Positions 36,990-50,500 of a DNA stretch of 64,000 bases are shown here, in pieces. The position numbers and the translations under genes are program-made. Positions within the stretch are counted from its first letter, which is position 1, and each line of letters starts with the position of its first letter. The DNA comes from a virus (lineage: Duplodnaviria > Caudoviricetes): IMG/VR virus record IMGVR_UViG_3300032319_000846, positions 32,001 through 96,000 of that record; one strand, 5' to 3'. The notes under the pieces are model-generated. The model did not search any database. It worked only from the letters and a program-made list of their open reading frames with translations, and was not told where the DNA came from.

Positions 36990-39900
36990 TTATCTTGAAT
37001 TTTTATTTAACAATTCCATGTATTGCAATTGCTCTTCAGGACTCATCATTTTAATCATTTGCCAATAGGGAGAAAGAAACACTCTATATCCTTTATGTAA
37101 CAACTTACTATCACCTTTTTCATATCCATATCCTGCTCTATCATATACATCGTTAAAAGCAAAATCCAATCCATCTTCTGTTATATCTACACCAATTAAT
37201 TGATGAAAAAATCCTGAAGTTTGGTCAATCATTCTTACAGTGGTAAATGGGTCTTTATATATCCTTGTAGCTGAATCTATTGTATAACCTCCGGGCAAAC
37301 TTCCTTGAGCAAGAGGAGCAAGTACAAAAGGAAGATACATTCCTAAATCACTCTGCATTCTAAAAGCATTGATTTCTAATGTTTGCAACACTTTCTGTTC
37401 TACACTATCATCATCTGCACCATCTGCTAAAGCTGAAAGAACATATGTTAATATCATCCATTGAATTAAAGCTCCCATTTCCCATGTAGCTCTCATCATT
37501 GCTTTTCTTTTTCTTTCATCCAATGTTTCTCCATATAAATAATCATCTACAGATTTTACATTTTTAGAAAGCAATCGAAAAGAAGCAGCATCTAATGCCG
37601 CTAAGTTTATTTTAGCCATTCCCTTTCCAAATGTTAAAAGAGATTTTTTCCATCCACTTTCTACCAATCCCTCTACAAGTGTTTTTTGTTCAGCTAACCC
37701 ACGGAATTCTTTAAAGATTTCTTTAAAGTAGGTTCTTACGTATCCTTCTTCTACATCTTTAAGTTCAAAAGAATGTTGCATTTCTGTAAATCTACTTCTA
37801 TATGAAGGGTAGAGATATTTTTTATACATCATCATCAATCTACCATACCACAATCTTTGTAATTCATTTTTGTCTTCCTTTGCATAAGCTCCATGTAAAT
37901 CTCTATTAATCTTTTGTAATCTAGCCATAAAATCTAATTCTATTTCTTTAAAATTAGAAATTTGAGCTACAATAGCAGGACTGTATCTGAATTCTTCACC
38001 AGCTTTCCATGTAGGGTCAATAGCATCCCACAAAGAGCCTCCTGTGGGAAGTTTAAATCCTCTCATCACCATTTGCATAGTGAGGATTTGATTTAAAAAT
38101 TCTATTGTGTTTTGATTAAAAAACGTTGCGTTGCTAAAGAATTTATTAGCTAAATCATCTTTATGAACAATCCCATGAGCATCCATAACTTCTCCCTGTA
38201 TAGCATTATATCTAATAGCTATTTGAGCAAGTAGTGATTTATCTTTATTTCTGAGCTTTGTTATATCAGAAAAAAATGTAGGAATGCGATTTCTGAACAC
38301 ATCTAAAAAGGATTTATTAAAATCTGATACAGTGTAATAAAGTTCCATTACAGCTTGACTTCTCATTTGTATTGTAGCAATTGAAAAGTTAGGAAGCATT
38401 GTAGAAACATTCCACAACATCACCTGTAAATTTTGAAATCCTGAAATCTTTCTCGAAAGCTTATTAGCTGAAATTTGTGTAATACCTAAATCCCACACTT
38501 TATCAGCTTCAGCTTCCATATAAAATAGTTGATTGACAACATTGTTAAGCTGTTTGTTTAATTTTTCAGCTTTTACAACCTCCTGTTGTCCTTGTTTTCC
38601 AAACAGCATTTTACCCAAATTGTTCTTAGCTCTGGTTTTTCTTCCCAATACAGCACCATTTGTAGAGATTTTAGCTTTTTCATCTCCTTCTACAATTGTT
38701 CTGAGAAGATTAATTTGAGGAAGCATTTCTCTTTGTTTTGAATATGTAGTGGCTTCATTACTATATAATAATGCTACTTCTGCTAAATTTCTATTTCTTT
38801 GTTCCACTGGAACAAAATTATTATAATTAGCTTTTATGGTGTGAATAGTTTTACTAGAAAGGTCATATTGTTTTCTTGAAACATAAATAGGAGTTTTAAC
38901 AGGTTTTCCATTAAAATCTACGTTTATTCCATTTTTCATAAGAGGATAACTATCAGGCTCAGGTTTTAAATCTATGACTTCCTTTACAAACCCTCTTATT
39001 GTTCCTTTAGGATTTTTAACAGCTTTACTCCAAAAACTCTGCTCATCTCTATAAGTAATATATGGTGTTAAAGCTGCTGCATTTCCAAATTTAGTTCTTG
39101 CATCTTTTACCATTATTTTGATAAAATCAAACATTTGTTTCTCCTGTTTTGTAAAGTTAGGAAGAGGTAGTTTATAAGCATCTGTAAATGTTTGAAACAC
39201 TCCTTTATACGTATGAAATTTGGCTACATTTTCTGTTCCTCCTTCAGGAAAATTAGCATAGGAATATTCTTCACCTACAGCATTTCTGTTTGTAATTTTT
39301 TCTACTTTCATCCATTTGTATTTTCCATCAGTAGTTTGTACAAGAATTTCTTTAGATTCAATTGTTGTATCTCCTTCTATTAAAAACTTATGATTTTTTC
39401 CAAACAATCTATCAAACTTATTTTTAATTGTATATCCTAAACTTGATGTAGTTTCTCCATACCATTTAATTTCATTAGAACTAACATTTTTCTTAAAATT
39501 TTTCCTTTCTCTTAAATTTGTAAGTTTTGTTCCTTCTTGTGAAAAATCTATATTTAACAAACCAAGAGATTTTTGTTCTTGTTCTATTTCTAATTGTGAT
39601 TTGAGTTGCCACCTTGCAGAATTAAAATCAATTTGATAAATGGCTTTTACAATGTTTCTTATTCCAGAATAGTTAAAATTAACAATTGCATCATATATTT
39701 CTGGTGTAAGCACTTTCTCTTTATTGATATATGCTGTTACCATCTTTTCTAAATTAGGAATATTAGGAACTAATGTTTTAAGTTCAGCATAAAAATCTTC
39801 TACACTAATTACACTCCCATCATCATTTCTAAGTTTTAATTTTTGCACTACATCATGCACTTGCTTATCTAATAGATGATAGAATGTTCTGCTTTCTGCA

Positions 39901-41570
39901 TTATACCTTGCTTCATCATATTCAGAATAAATAAGTTCATCAGGATTAGCTGCAAAATGTACAGGAGTTCCAAAATAGTTTGTAGTAATGTAGGTCGAAG
40001 AATCTAATTCTGTAACATCATCTATTATTTGTAAAGCATCAAAATTATCTGTTTTAAGAGTTTTAGTTTTATACTGCATCTTATCAAATGATACTTGAGC
40101 TTCTTCTTTTGATTTTTTATCAAATCCTGTAGCTTCTAAAACATCTGCCATATTATTAGCATTTTCTGTTTTAGTCATATAAAGGTCATTAAGATTTCTC
40201 TTTAAAAAAGCTGTAGTAAAAGCTAACAACTGGTCACTGCTATCTACTGCTGCTCCTAACCATCCTGCTAAAAAGCTGCTATCTTGGTCTGCATTTTGTA
40301 ACAGATTTCTAAATTGCTCTTCTGTATATTTGAACTCTTCAGTTTTAAAGCCTTTTAAATATTCAGGATAATAAATAGAAACAGCTACATCCAAGAAAAG
40401 CTCATTAAATTCTAATTGTAAACTTGTTCTTTTTTTAAGAGCTTCTTGTAATTGTGAGAAAATTGGAGGGTATTTTTTCTTTGATTTGGAAAGAGTGTTT
40501 CTTACATCATCAAATAGATTTTTAATATCTAAATCTGTTCTTTCATTAATTGCTTCATATAATTTAGCATCACTATCTAAAAATCCTTCCCATACACCAT
40601 TAGCATTTTTAACAGCAAGATTAGTAAGAATTTCTTCTTTTTGTTCTTCTGTAAGAGCATATTTAGTAAACAAATCTTCTAAACTTATTCCGAGCTTTTC
40701 TCTATCATAATTATCAAGAGCTCTTGGTTGTAAGGAAGCGTATTGAGGAAGCTTTATTAACTCTTGATTAATTGTTTCTAATTCATCAAACATGTGATAA
40801 AAACTTCTTCCTTGTTCTAACAAATTAGCAATGCTTCGTAACTCTATTTTTTTATCTTCTGAATTTGTTGGGAGATTTGCAAGTCTTTCTTTCACTCCTA
40901 AGAATTTCTTATCTTTAGTTCCCATCAATTTTTTAGATAGATGGTCAACTTTATTAACACTTCTCACAACATAAGAAGAAAATCCTAACATTTTTTTATA
41001 AAATTCAGCAGAAGATAATTGTCCTACTATTCTTTTTATATCACTCTTTCTATCCCCAATTTCATAATCATCTGAAAGGTCTTCAAATACATTTAAATAT
41101 GTAGTAAGTTTTTGCTTAATACTATCAAAAATACCAGTGAAAACTTCCTCATGCTCCTCCACTTCATCTTCCATTTCATTTGCAATGGATTGTAGAATGT
41201 TAGTGTTAAACATATTTTCATAAAAAGCTTTGTCAAGCTCCATATCTTCTGTTACACCACTACTATCATTAAGAACATTTATTCTAACTCTGTAAGCTAT
41301 AATATTGGTTTTTCCTTTGCTATCTACTTTTTCAACAGGGTACAAGAAAGCTTCATTAGATGCATCCAGTGAATAGCGTATAAAATCCTCTGCTTCTCTT
41401 TTCATAGAAGGATATACAATAAGTTTTCCTTCATTCCAATAAGAAATTTTGGAATCAATTAAAGCTTTAGCAAGAGTTTGATGTCTTGTTGTTTTAGCTG
41501 CTTTTTCATCTTGATTTAAAGCTGCTTTATCTATGTATTCAAATTTACAATCTTTCATCCTATAAGACAT
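36990..41570 (-). CDS. Large virion cargo/ejection protein (crAss-like)
   Basis: 1526 aa, helical; adjacent to the vRNAP; GRLMMMYKKY...RF...EEGY motif seen in crAss-like cargo proteins. Confidence 0.7.
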   Translation of the reverse strand: MSYRMKDCKFEYIDKAALNQDEKAAKTTRHQTLAKALIDSKISYWNEGKLIVYPSMKREAEDFIRYSLDASNEAFLYPVEKVDSKGKTNIIAYRVRINVLNDSSGVTEDMELDKAFYENMFNTNILQSIANEMEDEVEEHEEVFTGIFDSIKQKLTTYLNVFEDLSDDYEIGDRKSDIKRIVGQLSSAEFYKKMLGFSSYVVRSVNKVDHLSKKLMGTKDKKFLGVKERLANLPTNSEDKKIELRSIANLLEQGRSFYHMFDELETINQELIKLPQYASLQPRALDNYDREKLGISLEDLFTKYALTEEQKEEILTNLAVKNANGVWEGFLDSDAKLYEAINERTDLDIKNLFDDVRNTLSKSKKKYPPIFSQLQEALKKRTSLQLEFNELFLDVAVSIYYPEYLKGFKTEEFKYTEEQFRNLLQNADQDSSFLAGWLGAAVDSSDQLLAFTTAFLKRNLNDLYMTKTENANNMADVLEATGFDKKSKEEAQVSFDKMQYKTKTLKTDNFDALQIIDDVTELDSSTYITTNYFGTPVHFAANPDELIYSEYDEARYNAESRTFYHLLDKQVHDVVQKLKLRNDDGSVISVEDFYAELKTLVPNIPNLEKMVTAYINKEKVLTPEIYDAIVNFNYSGIRNIVKAIYQIDFNSARWQLKSQLEIEQEQKSLGLLNIDFSQEGTKLTNLRERKNFKKNVSSNEIKWYGETTSSLGYTIKNKFDRLFGKNHKFLIEGDTTIESKEILVQTTDGKYKWMKVEKITNRNAVGEEYSYANFPEGGTENVAKFHTYKGVFQTFTDAYKLPLPNFTKQEKQMFDFIKIMVKDARTKFGNAAALTPYITYRDEQSFWSKAVKNPKGTIRGFVKEVIDLKPEPDSYPLMKNGINVDFNGKPVKTPIYVSRKQYDLSSKTIHTIKANYNNFVPVEQRNRNLAEVALLYSNEATTYSKQREMLPQINLLRTIVEGDEKAKISTNGAVLGRKTRAKNNLGKMLFGKQGQQEVVKAEKLNKQLNNVVNQLFYMEAEADKVWDLGITQISANKLSRKISGFQNLQVMLWNVSTMLPNFSIATIQMRSQAVMELYYTVSDFNKSFLDVFRNRIPTFFSDITKLRNKDKSLLAQIAIRYNAIQGEVMDAHGIVHKDDLANKFFSNATFFNQNTIEFLNQILTMQMVMRGFKLPTGGSLWDAIDPTWKAGEEFRYSPAIVAQISNFKEIELDFMARLQKINRDLHGAYAKEDKNELQRLWYGRLMMMYKKYLYPSYRSRFTEMQHSFELKDVEEGYVRTYFKEIFKEFRGLAEQKTLVEGLVESGWKKSLLTFGKGMAKINLAALDAASFRLLSKNVKSVDDYLYGETLDERKRKAMMRATWEMGALIQWMILTYVLSALADGADDDSVEQKVLQTLEINAFRMQSDLGMYLPFVLAPLAQGSLPGGYTIDSATRIYKDPFTTVRMIDQTSGFFHQLIGVDITEDGLDFAFNDVYDRAGYGYEKGDSKLLHKGYRVFLSPYWQMIKMMSPEEQLQYMELLNKNSR

Positions 41571-44500
41571 TCTTTAGTTATATTTTCATCTCCTCCAAAA
41601 TCTTCCCAAGTGATTTCTGGTTGTACTTGTTTTTTCATCTTTAAATTAAAGTTTTCTTCAATAACTTGTGTTGTTGCAGCTACTACCTCATCATATAATG
41701 TATAATTAGTTCCTGTAAACCATCTGGAAATAATAGCTACAATTTCATCAAATAGATTTTTGTATTTTTTTCCTTCAGAAGGAGGATATTGTTTTAGATA
41801 TTTGATAAAATCAGAATTTGTAAACACTTCTGTAGCCATTTCATAAACATCTTTAATTCCATAAATGTCCTCTTTCATTGTAGCATTTACGTAATTATAA
41901 AGCTTCACAAAATCTTGAGAAATAGTAGATTCTACTCTGTTAATTTGGTCAAATGTTAAAGCATGTACAATCTCATGTAAAATTGTAGATTCTCCATTAC
42001 CTTTTGGAAAAGTAATTTTTTCTGAAATTTCTATATAAGGTGCTGTTCCTGTTAAAATTCCTGTAGAATAATATCCTCTTTCTGTGGACTTACTAAGACC
42101 AACTTTAGGAATAAGTTTTACAGGAATATCTTCACTTCTTTTAGGAAGTTTTGTTAATAAAACTTTAGATAATAAACTAAAATATGGATTGTTAGCTTGT
42201 TGTATATTTTGTAAAGCTTCTTTAATTGTAATAACATCTTTTCCTTTAAAAATTCTTTCCCTTAATGTAGGGTCAGTAGCTAAAGGTCTTGTATCATCTT
42301 TTCCAGTTTGATAGTCTAACAAATAATCATTTCTGTTATCAGAATTAAAATCATCATTATTTACTTCAACATCATCAAATGGATTATACTCAACATCCTC
42401 ATTAGAAAGAAATCCTGTAAAATCTTCTTCAGTTAGTACATAAGTGTTAACATCATTTTCCACTTCTTCATTTAATTGTGGGGTTTCTTTTACAGCTATA
42501 GTTTCTTTTGTTTCAAATTCATATTTATTAATTAAATAATCTAAAGCATTAGCATGAGAAGGTTCTCCTAATTCTTTATAATATACAATTGGTTTGTTTT
42601 TTAAAACACCTGATTTTAATACTTCTCTAATCCATTGTGCTCTTTCTTCTTGAGAATTTAATACCCAATCAATATATCTTTCAACACTTTCTTTAGTAGA
42701 ATTTGTTTTAATTAATCCATCTTTTTCCACTAATTTTTTATCACTACTAAAAGGATTTCCAAAATGTTTATTTTTTCCATCTACTCTTAAACTAAATACT
42801 CCATCAATAGATTTAGCATATTCTACACCTGCTTTTTGATAAACAGATTTAATAACAATATTTCCTGATTGTGTTTTAATAGGAAGTTGAGAATAGATTA
42901 GACTACTATTTTCCTGTTTAGAAGTTGTATATAAAGATAACTGTTCTTTAGCTTTTTTATAAGCTGCTACTAACACTTTAATAAAATTACTCTCTAATCC
43001 TTTACCTTCCCATCTTGAGTTTTTTGTTCCAACAATATGTGAAGAGTTTTCAATAAATTCAATACCTCCTCTTTTATCTATCTCTTGAATAAGTTCTGGA
43101 TATTTTAAGAATTTCTGAATTTGTAATTTAGCCATTAAATTCATATCATATTTCAAAGCTTCTTCAACAGCAAGTTGTGGAGCAGTTTTTAAACTTTGAT
43201 TAGCTTTATAAATACTTTCCACATCAAACATATTTCCTTTACTATCAGGAATCTGATATTTTGAATAAGTTGGGTTTGTAAGTGCTTTTCCTAACCAATC
43301 TGAAGATTTACTAAATATATTTATACCTTTTAAAGTAGAAACCCCTTCTTTGGGTTTTTCAAAAATAGAAAGTTGCATTTTCTTAGGGGAAGTTGTTAAA
43401 GTTTTTCTTTCTCCTAAAGATACAAAATTTACAGGAACATAACTAGCTTTTCTTAAACTTTGTTTTCTGTAATTGTGAATATTTTCCACATCTCTATAAG
43501 TGTTATATCCAAATAATCCATTAACTCCTTGTTCTAACATTCCTACACTATCTAATTTATAAAGCTTTTTATCATTTACCAAAAACAAAGGTGCAGCAAA
43601 TACTTGATTTGTATCTACAACTTTAATGTAAGGAAGAAGTGAGTTTTTAGCAAATAATCCAAAAATACTTTCTTTATCTTCTTCTTTTTTATTTTCATTT
43701 GATTTCTTTAACAATGCTGTTGCTTGTTCCAAATCTACAGTGATTCCTTCATTCCTAACACTCACTATATTATAAGAATCACCTTTGTAGTTTATAACTA
43801 TACTGTCTTCTGCTTGAGGAATATATTTCATATTATTCTTATTTAAAGCAAAAGCTGTAGTAGCATCAATAACAGCAGCATTCATCTGCTCCTCATTAAA
43901 GAATTTACGACTTAGATAGTCCTCTAATGCAGCAGAGTGCTCTTTAAAGAAGAAAGGAGAGATAGCTTTAGATAAACTACCTTTTCTAAATAACCATCCA
44001 TCTTTTACAACAAAATAAGCAAACAATTCATCTGCAAGCTTTTCATCTACTGTTACTTCTACATTATCAATTGTTTCTGTAATGTTTAAATTAAGTGTAC
44101 TTCTGAATAAGCTTTCAAATCCATCAATTAAAGAAGTTTGGTCTTTTCCACTCATCTTACTGAATGTAGGAATCTCTAACACTCTTGCAGCAGAGTTAGC
44201 TCCAAATTTAATTTTATTTAAGAATGTATTTTTCTCAAACACCTCTACACTTGCATCACCTTTGTTTTTGTCAATATATTGAAGTAATGCTCTAATTTTA
44301 TTAACTACGACTTTAGTATTATCATATACTTCATTGTAAATAGAAAGTTTAGCAGGATTAACAGTTTCAAGATAATCGTAATACAACTTAGAATATAAAT
44401 AAGACATTAACTCACTATCTACCACCTCTTTAAATCTCCTACTGTTAGAAGTTTTTAATTCATTCTTTACTCCCTGATAAAACTCTTTAGTTTCAGGTTT

Positions 44501-47500
44501 ATAATGCACAAATAAATCCTGCATCTTTGTCTCTAAAGCTGTTTCAGGATTGTTGAATAAAATGTTTGCATAATTAGTTAACTGCCCATCAAAATATTTT
44601 ATCTTAGTATGTACATCTGTATAAGGTTCAGAAGGCATTTCTTCAGGAAACAGTTTAGCATAAGAATCGAGAAGCTTTTCCCAATCATCTGTAGATTTAC
44701 CAATTCCTCTTTTAAGTTTTATAAAATCCATAATAGGATTTATTTCTTCCATTGTTTTAAGAGCATTAATAGCTGCTCCTACTACTTCTCTTCCTACTTC
44801 TGATATATTGGTTTTTAAATCAGAAATAATATTTTCTTGTGTAAACTCTTTCTTTGAAATTGGGATTACGTTACGTAATTTTTCAAGAATTTCTATATCT
44901 TTATCATATCTTCTTTTTTGTTCAGCTTCATTCTGCACTTTGTTCTCTTTAGTAGAAAGCATATTAAAATATCCTTTCAAACTTGGATGATTAACTACAG
45001 CAATAGCAACTTTCATACTATGTCCCTGTAATAATAAAGGAACCATAATATTTAATCTTGGAATAGTAAGATTGTATTTGGCATTTTGTTGGTCTTTAGC
45101 TTCATCTGTAGCAGCAGAGATAAGGGTACTTATCATATCAAATAACCTCTTACCTCCATATACATAATCCTTAACAGAAGAATTTCCAACTTCTTTTTCT
45201 CCGTATTTAATAATTGTAGGATATAAAAAGTTAACGTTCATCCTTCTCAGTGCAATTGCAAGTAGGTTAGCGTTTACAGATACAGCAATATTCTTCTTAC
45301 CTGTTGTAGTATTTTTATGAGAAAGTGATTGAGCTAACCAAGAGTGAATTGAATATACAAAGTTTTTATTAAATATATCAAGATTTTTAAAATCAGGGTC
45401 ATTAGCAAGTGTTTCTTTTAATTCGTCCTGTGTTGCAGGAGTTTTGTAAATAGCCTCCACTTTATAATACCCTTCTTCATCTTTATATTCAGATTTTTCT
45501 ATTTGTTCTCCCTCTGTATTAAAATATTTAGCTTTAAGGGTTTCATCATTTGTAAGTGCAAGTTGTCTAATTTCTAAGATTTCATTATTAATAGCTCCTA
45601 TATTTTTTGTATAACTCTCTTTATATTCCTGCTCTGTAGAAGGAAGTTGTAATTCTTTTAAAGAAAGCTCAATTAAATCCTGTTCGATTTCATCAAGTTC
45701 CTGTAGTCTTAATAATGTAGTAAGTCTGTTATCTTTTAATTTAGCAAACAGATTTCCTGTTTCAGGATTGTATTCTAAATCTTGTTCTATTTTTTCTTCA
45801 ATAGTAAATTCTAAATCTTCAATTTGTGTTTGAAGTTTTTTAATTTTTTTTGTATAACTACCTTTTTTAGTAGAAGGTTGTTCTTCTCTTTCTTCAATAA
45901 AATCATCTACTTGATTTATTAATATTTCTTTTTCTTCTTCAAGTTTTTTAACATCTAAAGAAGCATAGGTTTCTACGTATCCTTTAAAAGCAGATTCATA
46001 TTGTTTTCTTAAAGAAAGTAAAATTCTAATTTGTTCTTTTTTGTTATTATAAAATACATCCTCTTTCTTTTTTCCTTTAACAATTCTTTTTAAAGCTTTG
46101 TTTTCACTTGTTTGAAACTCCACATAATCTTCCCAAGTGTCTGTATACTTAGTTCCATCTTCTTTTAACTCAGGTTTGTTTAAGAACAATTTATCAATGT
46201 CAAAGTCACTACCTGAAAGTTGTACAATTTCTTTAGCTGTAATAATAGTGTTTCCATAATATTCAGGAAGTGCATCAACCCATTCAATATTTACAGCAGA
46301 GTGTTTATCTTGTGAAGGAATTCTCACTCCTTGCATCCATCTACTATCATTTGTAATTTTAATCTTTGGATTATATGTAGGAAGCATTGCTTCTGTAAAT
46401 GTTCCCAAGTGAGGTTTGTCTTTATTTACTACACCATTAGCATCTACATTCCATCTTGGTTTGTTATGTCTTAAATCATCTATAAAATAAGCACCTTCTC
46501 CCAAAGCTTTAAGTCGCTGCACTAATGCTGTATCTTCTGTAGCAAAATTAATTTGTTCAAAATCATCTGTTTCATCATAGATGAAATTCTTTTCATTATC
46601 ACTAAAGTCTAATATAGAAGCTTCATCTAATTGTTGTTTCCAATCCTCAGTGTTTCTTTGAACTACTTCCCAACTATATACATCTCTTGTTTCTCCATCT
46701 TTATTTGTATACTTATATGTAACAACTCTTTTTAAAGGTTTAAAACCAAAAGAAGAAACGTGAGCTAATGCATCTCCTGCTACTTTTTGTTGTAATACAC
46801 CTTTTGAAAAATGTGAAAAGAAAAGGTTGACAAATTTTTCAAGTGTGATACTCATATTAGGATTGTACACTTTATTTCCATTTGCATCAGGAGTATAGAA
46901 TGTAAGAGTTTGAACATCCGCTCCAGAAGAAGCAAGAGTGTCTTGTGCTTTAGATAAGAAGTTTTTCCATCTAAACCCCTTACTGTCGTATAACTCCTTA
47001 GTAGCTTGTAAAAAAGCAGCACTATCTCTTTGAGAAAGAAGATTTTGGTATTCCTGTAATAAATCTATTTCTACTTTAGTTTTTCCATCTTTTATAATAA
47101 CAAGCTTTCCTAATTCATTAACAACAATTTCCTGATTTTGTGAAGGGTCAAATATTCTTAATTTTCCAGCAGGGTTTTCCATTTGTAATCCATAGAAATC
47201 TGCATCTATTTTCATAATACTGTTTCTAACATCTTCTTTAATATTAGATGAGGTGTAGTCAGCATTATACATGTTAGCTGTAAGCATTTTAGAAGTAGAT
47301 TTAGGAGCATACAAATCAAATCCATGCTCATACATTGCTTTTCTTACACCATGTAAAAATTCACTTCCTTTGATTGGTTTCCAGTTCTTTTCATCTAATA
47401 ATGTAGCAATTTGTTCTGCTGTATAATCTTCCAATTTCTCAGGAAGCTCTTTTCTTGAGATTTTATTTCCTTCCCTATCTGTTAAAACACCTGTAAAAAT

Positions 47501-50500
47501 AGACGTAACATCTTTAGTAAGCATCATCGAACCTGTTTTAATATAGATGTATCCATCAAATCCAACAGGTTTATCTACATTGAAATAGATGTTATTTTTC
47601 TTTAAATAAGCTTGCTCTTTATTTGAAACTTCCACTCCATATTCAATTTTAGTAAGAATATCAGCAACAGGTTTTGTAAGTTTGTTTTGAGAATGTAGGA
47701 ATTTTCTTTTCATATCTACTGATTGCCATGTTTGAGCATCAGCAGCATCAATCTTTCCATTATCAACACCTGATAATTGTACTATTTCATTTCCTACCAC
47801 AACTCTCACTTCTGCTGTAGGAGTGTTAACTCCAAGTGCAGCATTAGTAAATCCTGTTTTCATAGATACAATAGCAGCATTTCTACCCCCAAATCTTTTA
47901 TTCATATCTACTCCATCATTCTTATACAATAGGGCATTATCCCCATGTATTAATTGATTGATGTAGATAGCGTTTAACATACTGGATAAAAAGTACTCTT
48001 TTAGTTCAGCATATTTAACATAAGGATTGTATGGTAGGAGTTCTCCTACAAGTATTCCTTGATTTCTTAACTCTGTAAGATGTGCTTGGTATAACAATTC
48101 ATATTGTGAAGCTACAGTGGTAATAGTAGAATTAGCAAATGTTAAATCAGGGTTTTCTAAAGCTCTTTTTCTTATTGTTTCAGTTTCTTTATTTTCCATA
48201 AATCCTTTAAGGGCATCAGAAAATTCTAAAGCTTTTGGACTTCCTTTTGTTACATTAAATCCTATAAATTGTCCTTCTCCATTGTATTTAGGAAGCACTC
48301 TTCCTGTATGAAATCCTTCAAAAACATCTCCAAACTTTTGTTTTACACTTGGATTAGAAGAAATAAGTGCATTAGTAATTAGTATATATTTTTCTCCTGT
48401 TTTTTCATCTGTTTTAATTATACTTTCTCCTAATGTAACAATAGCTTCTGCTATTTTAGCAGCTTGTTCTTTTATTCTGTTATACTCCTTTTTAATTTCA
48501 TCTTTAACAAGATTTTCTGTAGCAGGAGTCATTACTCCTTCTATGAACAAATCTTGTGTTTCTATTACTTCTTCAGGAATTCCGTTTTCATCTTCTATAA
48601 TCTTTGTAATTTTATTTTTAACATCTATAATCTCAACAAAATCTGCTGTTCTTTTAGCTTCTAACACACCAACCAATAAAGGTCTTACTGTAATACCATT
48701 TTCTTTTCTTTGTGTTTGTCTAAAAGCTAAATTCAATCTAAGAACATTAAAATCTTTATTTGTCATTCCTCCAAATGTATTAGCTTCTTCATTGAAATTA
48801 ATACCATCAATAGAAATGTGTTTTAATTTAGTAAGGAACTTTTTCCAATTTTTATCTGCAAACTTTTTAACATAATAATTTTCAGTAAAAAATGGTTTGT
48901 TGGATTCAAGAAATTTTCCATCTGCATACTCATGTGTAACCCCATCAACTTTATCTTCCCACCATTTCTGGTTATGCATAAAATAGTTTAAATAAGCTAA
49001 ATGCTGAGTTTTATATTGATATGTGTAGATGTTTTTATTTTCTGCGTTTTTATAAGAAGATTCTATAAGAGCTTCATCAAAATAAGCATTGATTTCAGCT
49101 AAATCTTTAGATGTTCCTGCTTCATTCCAATTGGTAATTTCATCAGCAGTTATTTGAGGAAAAGTTTTAGTAAATAAAGAAATGATAGGGTCTATATTAT
49201 ATTCTCCAATATACTCTTTAAATGTATAATACTCAGGAAAGAATTTTCTTATTGCTTCTTCTTTAGCCGCTAGCTCTTCATCTGTTTTAGATTTTGTAGA
49301 TTCTTGTCTTTGAGCTATAATATATTTTAGTGTATGATTGGATATTTGTAAATTAAAAGTACGCTTCAATCTTTCAAAAGCATTGTATTGATTAAATAAT
49401 GAAGCATAATCTTTATTACTTAATGCAGAAATATCTGTTCCTTTAGCTACAACTTTTTTCTCTTCTCTTGCAGCAGCAAATGTAGAAAGTCCATCTTTAA
49501 ATTGTCCAATTTGATTATTAACTACAGAATTACTGTTAGCTGAAAACACTTTAGATAAAAGTTTTCCATCTTTACTGTCTATTGTATTAACCCAATTATC
49601 CCTTACCCAAAAATCAAATCCTTTAAGAACACTTTGAAGAATGTATTTTCTATCTTCTCTTACACCTTCTAAATTATTAATTAAACCAATGTCTTTATAT
49701 CCACTCTCTTTAATTTGTTGATGTATCTCATCTATGCTTGCTTTAAAAGCTTCTTTAGATGCTGTTGTAGGATTTTCCAATACATCATCCATTATCTTAT
49801 TAAAGAAAGATGAAGATGCAGAATTTCCTTCAATACTAGAGAAATCTTTTAATCTCTTGAGTCTCTCTCCTTCATGTTGAGAATTAGAAAGTGCTCTTGC
49901 AAGTCCATAATACACTCTGTTTGTATCAACCACTTGAATTAAAGGAACTTGTTTTGAAACTCCTCCTAAATCTATAGCGATAAATACAGGATTATTAAAT
50001 TCATCATACACCAAATCTCCTGTAGTTCCAATATAAGCTTTTAACCATTTGCTCATACTATCTTCCATACTTTTTTCATTAGCTGATGTAGCATCACTCC
50101 AGAGTTGCATCTGAGATTCTTCATCATCTTGTTCATCTAAGTTTTCATTAAACTGGTCATTAAGGTATTTTATAACATCTTCTTTTAAGTTATTATAAGA
50201 AGGATTTGGGGTGTACACTTCTTCATAGTCATCATAGGTTTCTTTTTTCAATAAAGGAGCAAGTTTTTTCCAATTTTCTAAAGCGATATTAGGAAGACTA
50301 TCATAAATCCCTTTTAACACAATATCCATCACTTCAGATTTTTTGATAGAAATATCTTCAGATTCTTCTACACTATCTTTTAGTTTTAGATATACTTGAG
50401 AAATGTTTCTTATAATTTCTTGTGATTCTTGTGCTGACAATAACACTTTATTATCATTTTCATCTCGAAATTCAATCAATCTTGTTGTGGGAAACTTATC

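Noticed and set aside
45650-46100. Possible intein or intron after the DFDID motif of the vRNAP
   Set aside because: The segment is a charged coiled coil without C/S...HN intein ends or LAGLIDADG motifs, and the frame is continuous.
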